A stretch of 64,000 nt of DNA, taken from IMG/VR virus record IMGVR_UViG_3300007177_000160, positions 50,266 to 114,265 of that record, one strand, 5' to 3'. The position numbers and the translations under genes are program-made. Positions 19,301-31,500 of this stretch are shown one piece after another. The notes beneath the pieces were generated by a model that was not told the DNA's origin, searched no databases, and was given only the letters and a program-made list of their open reading frames with translations. This stretch comes from a virus. Numbering within the stretch: the stretch's first letter is position 1; every line of letters begins with the position of its first letter.

Positions 19301-19510
19301 TAAGTACCGAGCTATAACAGTTTCTACTGGAGCGCGAGATTCCATTACATCTTCATCAGTAATTGAATTAGAAGCAGCCAAGTTATAATACTTGGCTGGG
19401 ACTTCTCCTTGATATTTATTCCAAAGATAGTATGCGGACTCAGGTACTATAGATTCGAGCAAACGAAACTTCTTTGCTACTTCTGGATCATTTAGATTAG
19501 GGCAGATCAT
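13370..19510 (-). CDS. Large virion cargo/ejection protein associated with the RNAP cluster, with a zincin-like motif
   Basis: 2046 aa, adjacent to the vRNAP; WHEFGH..EE zincin-like motif at ~18557-18571; starts MICPN. Confidence 0.7.
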   Translation of the reverse strand: MICPNLNDPEVAKKFRLLESIVPESAYYLWNKYQGEVPAKYYNLAASNSITDEDVMESRAPVETVIARYLRQEISSDLVESLRNDRNFLAAQTKYEARQIAYRRILELEQARIGGRKSIRMQGNFIFHVNNPNSSKSFSRESLWSYANRTANEINTRYNLFGGQQIAWARQEPNGTTYVELEVTTDFADNIVRVADTVTEEEVRAEFELIELQESLNKERAAIAEKLIQGNELLIDGEVLPLNGEFAQRVIIEKAAISEANVERYTNTLNKLVSRFPGVTWKWDSSIPGAGKIDMNTGVVLLNPYFINDETPWHEFGHILVRGIKQTNPELFESLKREVIKLHDENPTMSAKTLVESLYPDYTGDKFWEEVITTELGRQAADFSPKTGIFAKIKKFFTDLLASLGMYGAEPKNLSDLVKSLHDPDASFEFYPKSPELSDYMESRLLSPEQQDAITIYVKKDPNAPNEFQTAAEQIKLITEAITESDMGRMIERNKYFAAEELRKSESLPAAGDILNKNKGRLVATLTKEDVAEAVLDFAEYVRYMTIYLNSIQRHIAALQKATDIPPGKKLGDYHRAYLQAQAVKKQIDALLGVVANPNKGLFGPELRESIEQAKNNPALFKNHPIAKALFWMQQSVNTIISNHEGLIQEPVLEELEEYFKEAAENLKTVYNNDINNFMSRLTPDNYDVTGQSLPTDPNVRATNVSTIGSGVDLKMRVSFNDGTERDYSLGEFTKQFSLKSKAVERLINKASNLQKEFDKNVPTKDNIRKQLSDTNSTWFAALDTASTTKNAGIQIIATYLQGLDSDYRASLVGMRGELERLTDEVFDAQGPQFAGSIVDSKTFYDGMYREVPLYEVVDGKLVTDKIVLALNNSTDTIAMRNRMTELKFIIDYSMNEIADLDPNDNSTQAQARRLAVTQKIEQAAEDLKEFQAKYTERPFTDEYYEIQEQLPQDIRDRRNELYRAMAASRASFVSADTVDYDDYQLLRSYQKELDDMESFYDTNGNLKPENSEGYRVAKAIYDWKNLRRANQVVEFPPLNQETQELFQAALNSKKAELTNALAAASTPAEKQAAYDDYNRWLDIYTRTIYKQEFYDERQAIIDQIQEILGEQGPQLKTAYESLFNLLLGKKDRDGHYKPSEINDNVRRTAKAIEEEIENIKAIDKSKSPLSKQDKEDLKDLFAELQDLQSSTNSKYYEETVASIKASLRTQITGANPTLETADIEELVHKAFRESQWFQDNHIIKSRYDKDIQQMVSVYEPLYFWRVTVPNNPSYVDKEAPSFYWYTPKVSEQFRNPKYSPGNVTFKETTSGPYYNASYANLSAQQKSALENLRAFYYKSQEGNYAKDKPGDVLPGVYKTGAENAIDLVTGRANPLANIIEESKNFVLGARTAMSDVDETTEEDQLDPYGNPIERESRKLFIRYSKPLPIEQQSYDLLRSIGLYAESSARFKSLRNLQSTVLAMEEVYENLSGIKEGGVVRDLIDRQFYGKVVNNPKHIGGKIMNAIFNIVGRLAGSKSLAYNVISAPVNQFTGYKNNLIFTKSNGLTYANYLAAYKETFGLSYDFFTSHNQTGMQPLRMQIIDFFGGTQANYSEDFAKLTNRGLRRYSKFWRAVGTYREYTEYDIAAMTTFAFLDKYNVTADDGTIYKLKDAFELVDGVLSIKPNIKISPAFLQKIRDDIRLANYRAQGVYDKLGQPTVAKYSLVRQLLFLKKWMPQHLKTEWGGGTIHYGSGIKTIGAHRAFGRFLQETFYENGKFWTGYQNLTAAERAGLQQFGLNYGMFVMFANAIGAMSAYMNCEDDGEANWKDYFCFFSKKINNEVEGVFTIWGANEFLFTYLRENANGIGGFEKFGWSLFGPFSVFRKFADFDGGLYSTDPYYKYRPNSSKIDWDRTHPTQAGKPGLQVLAMELLGARGLSLGLDAQSMDYQNRAFNSYMPKTYTRDLRTRYKENYGGVETMKTRTIGGQLKLQYKKQLKEIQKKMQAYTSSGREVPASIYEEMTDLQTRFAKAVSEMDARKDTDRTYTPALFRPYFLTREGLDITEEF

Positions 19511-19515
19511 TATTA

Positions 19516-19523
19516 CAAATATA
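19516..19523 (-). promoter_or_regulatory. -7 element 5 nt upstream of the start codon
   Basis: TATATTTG-TAATA-ATG; no -33 TTG. Confidence 0.45.
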
Positions 19524-19538
19524 AATGGTAATTAAAAA

Positions 19539-22500
19539 TTAACTTCCGCCTTTACAGAAATTCTTAAAGGCTTCGTTTTGTTCTGATAACTCATTAAAGG
19601 AAGCTTTGATTGCTTCTGCACGAATAGCTTCATAGTTTTCAGGAATCACATCTAAGTTGGCAGCGCTAGCTACAGTGGTCATAGACACAATAGGTTTGGC
19701 ATCTCGCACCTCAAACATTTTTGGTAAGACTACATTATCTCCGATTAAGTTAATGTGCTTAGCAAAAATAGTTTTTATTTGACTAGGTGTCCAACCTGCA
19801 AGCTTTATTCCTATTTCAGTTACTAAAAACTCTAATTCAGGATTTTGACGTGCTGTTTCAAGCATAGCTACTATAGAATTTTCTACTACAGATAGACTTA
19901 CGCTGCGTTTGTTGCCTATGCGTACTACTTGCTCACCTTGATTATTAGTGTCGACCTGTGCATACTTTGTAATTACACCAAAAGATTTTCCTTGTTGGCC
20001 TTCCATAAGTTGATTTACGACACCGTACTCAGCCCACATACCTCTAGTGCCTTTATCATACACCGTGTAGTTTGCTTGTGCATTGCCAAACATTGCATAT
20101 CCAGCCCCACCTGCTCCATGATGGCCCGCAGTATTAGCACCAAATACAAATACTTGATTAGGCTCTAACTTAGTAATTTCTTTTGGAGTGTATTTACGTT
20201 GTTTAATTGCTTCTTGTCTAACAGGACTAATTGGCATATTTGCAGTTAGAGGCATTACTCTACGCATTGTTATAGTAACTCTGTAGGAACCTGGCTCATA
20301 AGTCTTGCCATCAATTGCAGTAGTTAATTCAGGCAGAAAACTGTCTTGGGGTTTAGGAAAAGTTCTATGGAATACTTGTCTATTTACTCCATTTACTCCA
20401 AAAACATAAGCACTTCCAGCTTGAAGACTGAGCATCTTAGGAGTTTCATTTCTAAACTCAATAGAAAAGTTACCTGTACCTCCAAGATTAATTCCTATCA
20501 CAGGATAATTAACTGCAGATAAACTTTCATCAACGTCGTTATGAGAACTTATAAAACTATCTGCCTCGTATAAATTAATAATAGCACCGTCATAATGCGT
20601 CATATCAACTCCAGACGCTTTCTGCATTAACTCGCGGAATCTAGGACTAATAGGAGCTAAAGGTTGATTATTTATTGAGGTATTATAGTAACCGTATTTA
20701 GTTTTATTCGCGGGATTAATAGGATCAGGAATATTAATGGCCTGTTTATCAGGATTATTGGATTTATAATCCCATCTTAATCCTAATCCAATCATCTTAC
20801 TAGCAGATTTACCTTTGTTTGTTTTAGCTGCTTGGCTCTCTAGATAAGGTTTTAAATAATTAAATAATTCTAATTGTTCTTCTTTTGTAAGAGCACCTTG
20901 ATTTAAGTAAATACCTTCACTTACTTTCTCGCCTTTTAGTCCAATATTAGCTTGTTGTGTAGTATTAATTTGAGATATTTCTTCACCCTTAAACGTAGGA
21001 GTAATAGAATCACGGAACAAATCGTAATCTTTAAAGTAAAGTAGGTCTTTGTTGGTTCCGTATTTACCTCGTAACTCTGGGTGGTTAGCTAAGAATCTAT
21101 CCAAGAACTTAGAGATAAAAGTATTGCTTCCTGTTAATAAAGAGGAAAGTTTATCTTGTAGTATATCGTTTACTACATCAGTGTAGTCTGCTGCATCAGT
21201 AACTAAGTATTCGGCTGCTTCTTTAGTAACTTCTTTTGTTTCTTGTTGAGTTACGAACTGATAAACGATGTCACTTACCTGATCGAATGTGTTGTTCATC
21301 TCTTCAGTAAAGTTTTCGATGATACTTGACATACGAGTTGTGTAGATTGACTCAGGGATATAAGGCAAATAAGAATCGTATTTCTTATTAAGCTGAGATC
21401 CTATAATCCCTGCGTAACCATAAGCCAAGAAGAAAGATTGCATATCTCTTTGAAGTTCTGCGTCCTCTTCGTTATCTGGATTTAAATTAGGATGTGACCA
21501 ATTTAAACCAGACTCAAACTCTTCACGTAAGATATTTACAGAATCTTCTGCATCTACGCTAGAGAATCCTGTGCGGATAAAGGCTGAGCTTTCTTCGGTA
21601 GCAAAAGATACTCCGTCGAAGATTAAATTGTCTGAAGCAATTTTACGCTCAAACAAACGAGCTTTTAGATTCTCATAAATAGCTACGATGTTTCCTGGAT
21701 TTCTTTTATCCAACAAAGATTCTATCTCAGCAACTTGTGGTACATTGTTTCTGAACAATGCATACAACAAATCATTCTTGAATATACGAGAAAACTGGTC
21801 GTAGTTTAATTCAGGATTAGCTTTCTTAACAGCAGAGTATGCAGTAGTGATTAGTGTTCCTAACTTGCTACTAGCAGATATTGGGAATATTTTCTCAAAC
21901 GAGTTAAAGATTTCTTCTTGAATCTGGAAAGGAGAAACAACACTCTCACTAATTACTCTCTTTACTCCGTCTTCGTTAAAGAACTTTTCTTTAATCAATA
22001 GGCGCAACTCATTCGCTCCCTTACGGAAAGCTTCAAAGTTCTGTGGGGAGAAAGTATCAAAGTCTGTATTAGATGAAAGAGTAAATAATTTTGACTGCTG
22101 GTCTTTAACACTCAAGAAACTAACGAATCTAATAAGATTACCATAACTTGTAGTATCATTTAATACTATTGATGGATTTTCTTCAATGATATCAGCAACT
22201 AATGCTTTTAGTTTAGATAGTTTAAAGTTACCAAAGTTGCCTATAGATTTTGAAAGTAACTCTACTTCAGGTAAAGTTTCATAGTTTTCATTGCTCCAGG
22301 CTGTTGACTTTTCATAAATATCACTAAGTATGCTTTGTATAAATTCAGAGTCACTCATACGAGCATTACCTCTACCATAGGTAATAATACTGCTATTTGA
22401 CGGTTTAGTTTCTCCAGCTGCTGTATAATTTAAGTTTACTAACTTAACAATATCAGCAAAACTAGAACCTACTCCGACCATGTAGTTAGTCACGGGGTTG

Positions 22501-25500
22501 ATTCGCACGTTTAAGTTAATCCAAGCAACTTGGTCTTCTTTTTCAATATCTACGTGTGCAGTGATTAACTGTCCAGTTAGATCTCCAATACGAACTCCGT
22601 CTACTCCAAAAGACTTACTAAAGTCTAGAATACCCTCAGCTTTACCGTTAGCGTTTAAAGGATAGGCTTTAACCGCTTTTTTATCTACTACACGCAAGTT
22701 AGCTTTCTGTAAGATAGCAAACAATACGTTCATCTTTGCATCCTGCCCCAAAGCCTTCTTAAATGAGTTTAAACGGTGTACATATAATTGATAGATAGGA
22801 TTAACAATATTAGTGTACGAAGCTTTAGTCCATTCATTCTGAATACCAAACTCTTTTGCTAATTTTTTAATCACATCTGAACTATTAGGTTTTAATAGTT
22901 TATCAAATACATCAGGTTGAGTTAATCTTTCACTTACCGCAACAAGCAAACTATTAGTCATACGATTCCGTGTTCCTTTAATTTCATTAGTAAGGAACTG
23001 GTTTCTTTTAGATAGTGAGTTAATTTGACTACCTAACGCATTAATTGCTTGGCTTAGTCCTTCGTTTTTGGCTTCTTTTAGAGCTTGTCTAACACGCTTT
23101 ATCTCATCGTTAATCTCACGAGCTTTTGTAGTTACAGGAGCAGATACTCCCGACATACGCTCGCGAATTAACTCAGCTAAAGTTTCCTTATCCATCTCTT
23201 CAAGTTCTAGTTCATCTTCAGAAATTGTATCAGCTGCTTTTAATTTTGCGTATAGTTCTTTTAGACGAACTGCATTAGGATCAAAACCATACTTCTCAAT
23301 AATCTTAGCTACATCAGCAGCCAAAGCATTACGTTGAGCCAAAGTTTCTTTTAGGATAATCTTATTATCTGCTAACTCTTCTTTTAATTCTTTCTCGTAT
23401 TCAAATGCTTCTTCAGCACTCATATCATTTACGCGGAAAGAACCATCGGCTTCTAGGAATGGGTCGTAACAGAACAACTTATCAATATCAAAGTCAGAAC
23501 CTGACTTAATAACCATTTCATCAGGAACCAAAATAATTTCCCCTGATTCTTCGGGTAAAAACTCAACGATTTCAAAATTCTCCATTGAGTTATAATCCTG
23601 ACCAGGTACACGAATTGCAGCAATAGTTAAAGCTTTGTCTAATATATCTGCATACTTGCTTCTAAATAGAGGATTAGCTATCGCTTCATTTAATCTTTGA
23701 ACAGCAGAAAATAAGTTAACAGGCTTTCCGAACTCATCAAACTGTCCAATAGGTTTACCATTGTACTGTAAATTTAATAACGGATAGAAACCTTTTGAGA
23801 AAGAAACAATGGTTTCTGCTTTAGTTACTTTTCCATCAACTAAGTCGTAGTATTTTAATGTTCTTCCTGGACGAATTAAAGATACTGGATACTGAACACG
23901 CTGTGCTCCTGGAACTTTCTGTTTAATGATAGCGTTCTTTAAAGAAGCAATCATTGTGCTTTCCATAATAGTTCTATCTACAAAAGCATCTAATGTATGT
24001 TTTAGTTGTCCGTTCTCTTTTAATTGAATTAAATCTTTAGTAGCCTCAGCTATATTCTTTTTAGATAATTCAGAAACAATAAAGTTTACTAACTTCTCTT
24101 GGTCTTCAATTTTAGATAAGAATTTAACTTTGTCAAAGTCAACTAAGTTTTCAATAGCTGTGCGGTACTCTTGGTATAACTCTTCACTCTCTGCAGGACT
24201 GTCTTTAAATAATAGTTTTCTAAACTGAGTACTAAAGATAGTCATGAATGTTTCTTTGTTCTCAATTAAAACTTGTTCTTTTAAGTACTGAGTATCAATT
24301 TTACCTACAGAGTTTGGAACATAGTTTGAGTTGACTGAGCCGTCGCTATTAAATAAAGAGATTGGGTCTACAGTTTCGGCAATCTTAGTACCAGAACTAA
24401 ATACTGCATAATCCGCAGATGATGCATGTAATTTTTGTAAGATAGAACCTAAAATAGGATCTCCTACAACTTCTGAAGGTAAGATAGGCTTAACAGAGTA
24501 TTTATGGAATACAGGAATAGTTTTGTCTCCTACTAAGTTATGACCTGCGTACTGAAGTTTTTTAATAGTAAACGTGTAGTAAGGGCCTTCATTAAGTGCA
24601 TTTTCTAATTCAGCCTGTACGTTTTCTCCACGTTGAGACTGTAGGTATAAAGCGTAAATACGATTTTGTCTATCAATCTCTTTCTTCATAGCTAAAGTAA
24701 GTCCAGTAGACATAGCATAGAAGTTTGCGTAGAAGTCTAATGTAGAAAATGCAGCAGCATCTTGTTTCTTTGCATCGGTATTATTTACATAATAACTAGC
24801 TAAGGTTACAGATTCTCCTGTAGCAGGGTCTACTACTTTAGTTTGATACGCTGGACTGTTTTTAGCTGTTTGAGAATCAACACTCGTATCTTTTAGAACC
24901 AAGTAAGAGATTTTAGTTACATCGGTATTTAAATCAGGATTTACTTCTACCTTATTCTCGCCTAGTGCATTGTTATGCTCTAGGAAAGCTTTACGCTGGC
25001 TAAAGCCTGACTTATTTATTTCTTGAATATTTTGTTCGTCTAATAAAGCATAGCTACCGTAAGCGTTCCAAGCAGACAAACGCTTTTCAATATCTTTAGC
25101 ATTTTTATAATAGTAAGGATGACCGAAGAATAACTTATGCTGCTCTATTCTAGAGAACATAGAAAATATATGGTAGCGAATTAAATCCCCATCTGATACA
25201 GTAGCAGTGTTTGAATCAAAAGCATTGTTTAAAATACCTTTACTAACATCGACACTCTTAGCTATATAGTTTGTGTACTGTTGTTTAACGCTGGCTAATA
25301 AATCAGGATTTATCTGCCCTAAAGCAGTAGATAAACCACTAGGAGCCACATTTGCAAAGTAATTATACAATTCAATACGGGTAGCTTCATCAAAGATATC
25401 TTCAAAGTAAGTTAGTCTAGGTTTAGTATTTTCTTTATCTAAGAAAGGACTTACTTTAAAGAAAGGATTGCGAGAGTCGGCATACTTTTTAGCAACCTGT

Positions 25501-28500
25501 ATTTCTGAATAAACATTAGGTAGAAGTATTGAATAAGTAACAGAGTCTGGAATAACTACTTTTCCTGGAGTATTAAAAGCATCATTATCGAAACCTAATT
25601 CTTTTAATAAGCTAGTAGGCATTACCAAAGATCTCGTGGTAGATTTACCCGATAAACGGTTTAATTCTTCTACGCCACGTTTAATAAAGCCCTGTATCTC
25701 ACTGAAGTGTTTAAGGGACTCGGTAGAGTCTACAGTTTTAGTTGCATTGTCTTCTGTTTTAATTCCAAGTAAACTAGCAATCTCAGCAGTACGAGGTGTA
25801 CCATCAGTTTCTACATTACGCTCACCAGTTACGACATTAAATAAATAATTTAAAAGTAAAGAGTAGTTACCGCCCCCATTAAAACTAGAATTTAACTGCG
25901 GATATGCTGCCAATAAAGATGGTAAAGTAGGATACTTTTGGTAGTCGTTCATTGCAGCTACTATACGAGTCATATACGTATGAGGAGTAACTGACCACAC
26001 TTTTTTATTAAGTGCGTTGAATTGCATATCATTTGCGTATTCAACATTCACTTTAATTTCAGCATCAACTAATTTGTAAAGAGAACGTACTTCAGAGTTA
26101 ACATTCTTGCCTTCAGAATCTTTATGAGTACCTCTTAAAACTTCCAAAGGTTTGTAGATAAGACCAGTTTCTGTAGACTGTGCAAAGCTTTGAATCTTAT
26201 TGTAGATTAACTTAACATCAGACTGTAAGTCTTTCGCGCTTCTAGTTAAGATTGTTTGCTTAGCCAACTCAGTAAAGTTAAAACCAAGTGGCTCTAGAAG
26301 ATTTAATAGTTGAAGCTTGTACTCATTAAGTGTTTCTTCTGTGACAGAAACTCCTGCAGGAATAGCAGGAATTGCGTAGTCTGCAAAGTATTTGTCTGTA
26401 TTTAAGTAATAACTTCCTGTTTTTGGGTCTACTAGCTTATATAAACCTGGGGATGAAGTAAATACATTATCCCACATTTTAGAAAGGTTTAATACATCAG
26501 AAGTTTTTGCTTTATAAATTTGGAAGTCTACAAATGAATCTCCGTTTTCATTTTCTACTACTCGAATTTCTTTAATGAATCCATCTACATAAGGCATAGC
26601 AAATGTATTGTAGAATAGATTTTTAAAGTTTAAAGTAGATTGCTTTACATTAGCTTCTTTAGGGTTAGGCAAGTAAGCTAACAATGCGCGGAACTGAGGT
26701 TGTTCTTTAGATAATTGAGTTAAACGATTATAAAGTTCCTCGTAAGAGTTTGAACCAGATAAAGTTCTTTGTAAACTATTCCAGTTTAAATCAAAACTGC
26801 CTACAGTATTTACTCCAAAGACATTATCCTTAACAGGTCTGCGATTCTTGTAAAGAGGTAAACTCTTAATAGCAGAAATAATTAAAGGATGCGCTGTAGT
26901 CTTCTGAGACATTTCCTCAATAGAAGTTTCTAAACGAGCAAACTCTCTAAGCGGACCAGTTTCCTGTTCGTCCTCTACTACTTCTTCTATAGCTATTTTT
27001 CTTATTTTATCACTAAACAAAGGAGAGTTAGCTTTAAAGAAAGTAAATAGAGTATTAGAGTTGGTATATAAAAGAGATGTGTAGTTAAACTTACGAGTTG
27101 CAGCTGCAGTAGGATTTTCTTCTACTTTAGCAGCATACCGTGTGCGAGCTTCTCCTATCAGTCTGTGCATCTCTTGTAACACTGCTTTAGTTAATTGAGG
27201 ATTCTCAACAACGTTTACAAAACTTGCTCCGTAAGGCTGACCTAGTTTAGCGGCAACATCAACAAACAAAGAATCCATTTGGGTTAGAATCTGCTGACTC
27301 TCACGGAAACTAAATACTTTGTCTGTATTGTCTGGGTGTTTTACTACAAGCTTAGCACTGTATAAAGTTTTAAAGTAACCTGCATCCTCATTACGAGTGT
27401 AGGAACTAATGTTACCTTTGTATAACTGAGAGAAGTATTTGTCTACAGTTAGTTTATCAGTAAAGAAACCTGTTAAGAAATCCCAAATTTTCTGGAAGAT
27501 ATTCTTAGTGCTTTCGTACTTAGCAATCTCGCTTGGCATTTCAGTACCATTGCTTAAAGCAAATTGACGGAAAGACTCGGCTAGCTTCTCTTCTAATTCT
27601 ACTAAAGGAAGTTCTCCATAAATCTTTCTTGCTTCTGCGTATAAAGCTTCACGCTGTGCAGGGGTTAAATACATTTGAGAAAACTCGTGCCAAGCTTCGT
27701 GGTATGCTTCTGCGTAGTTAGCATCTGCAAACAAAGTTATAGCTGCTTTAGACCAAGTAGCATAAGCTAGAGGATGGCGTAAGGTTTTATCAAAAATAAA
27801 CTTAGTATTCTTAAAGATAGGGTGACTATTTACCCACTCTTCTGCTGCTTTATTTTGAGCCTCAGTAATATCATTCTCTAACTCTAAAGACCTAAAGAAA
27901 TCGTCTTCAAAAGGATTTGGAATGTTTGCTGGTGGTGGCTGGTCCCAAGGATCTCTAAAGTCAAAGGTATCACTAGAAAATTCATCTTGTGCAAACTCTT
28001 TTGATGCTGCACGTTCTTCCTTAGCAATAATTCCTCTTATGCCGTCATACTTTGGATTTTTCTTAGGATTAAATCTTCCATAGACTGTATCTATGTTGCG
28101 AGAATTTATTGTACCAATACCTCCAGGATAAGTAGTCATAAAGTCTACTAACTCCGAAGGACTTACTTCACGACCAATTCGATCTTCAATAAGTTGAGCA
28201 ATTTGGTCTAAACCTAATATACTAGTTGCAGGGGTACTTCTTTTGGGGAAATACGTCTTCTTAATTTTATCTCCGTAAACTCCGTCTAAACTATTTTTAT
28301 CACCAAAGCGAATGAAAGATTGTTTGCTGGTTATAAATGCACCACCAAATAAACTATCGATAGCTGCCTGTAAGTCATTTAAGAAAGACCCTGTACGGAA
28401 TGCTTCTAAATCAACTTGGTATTCTTGATACATTTCAGCCTGGGCTCTTTGTATAGCCTCTCTGCGCTCATTAGCATCTTGTATTCTTCTGGAAGGGAGT

Positions 28501-31500
28501 TGTGCAGCCTCTTCAGCTTCTTCGGGAGTTAGTTGAGGTTGATCTACAAATAAGTCTAGTTGTTTTTCTAATTGCTCTAGTTGCTCTTCAGGAATTTCAA
28601 CAGTTTCTGCTTCAATAATAGCTGTGCTTGGAATATCAGAAACTAAAGGAACTTCAGGTAATACATCTTCAAATCCTTTCTCTGCATTTGAGATAGTGCT
28701 TTCTATTGTAAGTTCTGGACTTAAAGCAAAACGAGAATTACCACGCATTATTACTTGTGCACCAAACTCAGGACTAAGAACTAATGCTTCGTAGTTAGGG
28801 AAACTCTTTAATCTTATTCCATTTTGTTCATAAAGCAATGTAGAAGGTTGATTTGTAGTAAGCGATTGCTTACTTACCATATAGCGTAAGTTAGCAAAAG
28901 CCCCACGAATTAGCCCAAGCTGAACTTCTTCGCTACCAGTAATAGCTTGATACTTACCGTTCTTATTTTTCTTTTTAAATACTAATTTGTTGTTCTGCGT
29001 AGAACCTAAAATTAATCCTTGAGTGTCTGCATTAAAGTAGAAAAGATTTTCTAAATAAGATTTAAATGCTTCTGCACTCTCGTAGATTTCAGAAGGTAGT
29101 CCTGTAGGAAGAATACCATTATTAAATGCGTCTACTAGTTTAATTAAAAAATCAGGACTTGCTTGTGGGAGTTTTACAGGTTGGTACTGATAAGGGTCGC
29201 CAGCAATCTCCACATAGGTATAACCTGGATTTAAAATAAACTTACCAAATGGAGTAGCGTATTCTTCGGCTGTAGTTTCAAAGTGAACATACACCTTAGC
29301 TTTTTTCAAGTCTGATACAGCTACTTGCTTAGAGGAAGCTAATCCAATAATGTCTGCTGTAACAAATCCGTTCTCTCCTAAAGACTCTACAGTGTTTCTA
29401 AGCTGAAGTTCTGCTTGATTAACGTTTAGATGTTTTTTAGTCTTTAAAGCCGCAAGAACTGGAATATCATCAATAGATCCCTCTAAACCATTTTCTCTAA
29501 AGTAGACAGGGTTTAAATTACTATCTACAATTAAACTCATAATCCCAGAACCAATCTCTTTAGGATTTGATACTAGATATTTAATAAAGTCATTATTATG
29601 TAGAGGAATACCTTTTACTTGTAAAGCAGAACGCAATAATCTTTCTTCTTCACTAGTAAGTTTTCTATTTAACTGCTGTAAGTTTTCTAATAACTCGATA
29701 GAGTCTGGAAGTAACTTACGATAAATATTCATGGTACTTGCCATGTATGCTTTATACGCAGGTTTAGCCTCACGGCTTTCTGCATATACAGCCAGAACTC
29801 TTTGGATAAAAGAAACATTAGGATCGTCAAGTAACGACTTATTATCTTGGGAGATACTAGTCATACTTAAAGTCAAACTAAATGGACCTTCTACTAATTC
29901 AAGACTAAGTAACTGTTGACCTACTTCCTGATTAGTTTGATCTGGAACAACTACAGGTTCTTCATTAATTACTAACTCAGGCTGCATTGTTGGAGCAACT
30001 TCAGTAGGAGTTACCTCAGCTTCAGGCGTAGGATTTAATAATGTTGATATATGTTTACCTAATTGACTAACAAAAGTGTTTGATGGGCCATTAGGTAATC
30101 CTAAAATCAAAGAAGTATCAAGGGAACCTTGCTCTGCTTTATTTATAAAGTCGGTAATCTTTGCTTCATTACCAGGGAAAGCAGCAACAAGAATACTATA
30201 AATATTAGTTAAGTCTGATTCATCTTTAATATCAGCTAGTAATCTAGAACGAAACTCACTGACAATTTGACTGCGTTCTTCTGGATCTAAGTTAGTATTA
30301 CTTAAAGTATTATTTAATTCATTTACTAAAGCTGAGTATTGTTGATACAAATCAGCATTTACAGGATGTAAATCTACGTCTACGTCTTGTAAATTAATTT
30401 CCTCACCTAATGGTGACGCAGGATCTACTTCTACTGGTTGTCCTGCTTGTGCAGCGGCTAGTGCTTCAGCTTCTCTTGCGGCTTGTTCTTCTTGTTGTCT
30501 TTTAGCTTCTGCCTCGGCTTGTGCAGCTTGGAAAGCAGAACCTTGAAACGAACTGTTAACAGGCTGACTTTTTGCAGCTTCAGTAGCTAACGTATTTGCA
30601 TTTTGAATTGCAACTAAGTCGTAGGTGCCGTCTTCGTCCTTTGCAAAGTAATAATCGTTATTTCTAATCTGTGCTACTCTAGTGCTAAGAGTATCCTTAC
30701 CGTTTTTAGCAATTCTTTGTTTATTCTTCTGTAACTCAATTGCTAAATTAAAAATCTGAGTTTTAGACAAGTTAGGATGTAGTGCTGCATTAACTTCCCC
30801 AGATTCAATTTCTTCTGGAGTTAATTGAGCCATAGCCATTCTTGTTTGTTGAATAGACTTTAATTCTAAGTTTTGTAAGTTCTTACTAACCTCCTGTAAA
30901 AATACATCGGGGTTTGTATACACAGAACGCTCCAACATCAAAGCCTTAATTCTGTCTACAATAGGTTTTGTAGGCATAAAAGGAACACTAACTCCCTGAG
31001 CGCCTTCTGAAAGCATCTCAGGCATTGGTCCTTCTAGTGCAGATAAGTTAGCAAGTGGATATCCAAAAACTTCTGCAAAAGTCTGTAACTCTAAGTTGGT
31101 TAAAGACTCGGGACTGTTCTCTGCTTGATTAACAAAGTTAGCTACTCTGTCATTTAAGTTCGCCAGTACACTATTATAGAAGTCGTTATAGTTTTCTTTT
31201 AGGAAATCAAACTCTGGAGTTTGTTTTTTATTTAAGTTATTGATAACGGGATTTAAACCAGCAGCCATCTGTAGCATCTCTGCCATTGAGACTTCCCCTA
31301 ATTTATCTTTACGCTGTTCAAATACTCTCTTTAAGTTTGCTTGTTTTTCCTGCTCCGTTAATGCTTTGTTTTGAGAAATTAATTGACGAGTGCTTAGTAC
31401 TTCATTAGTAACCTGGGTAGTCATTGCTTCATACTCAGCTAATTGTTCAGGAGTAAAGTTTGAAGTATCTGTTCCTAATAAATCTTCTTGGTGAAGAAGG

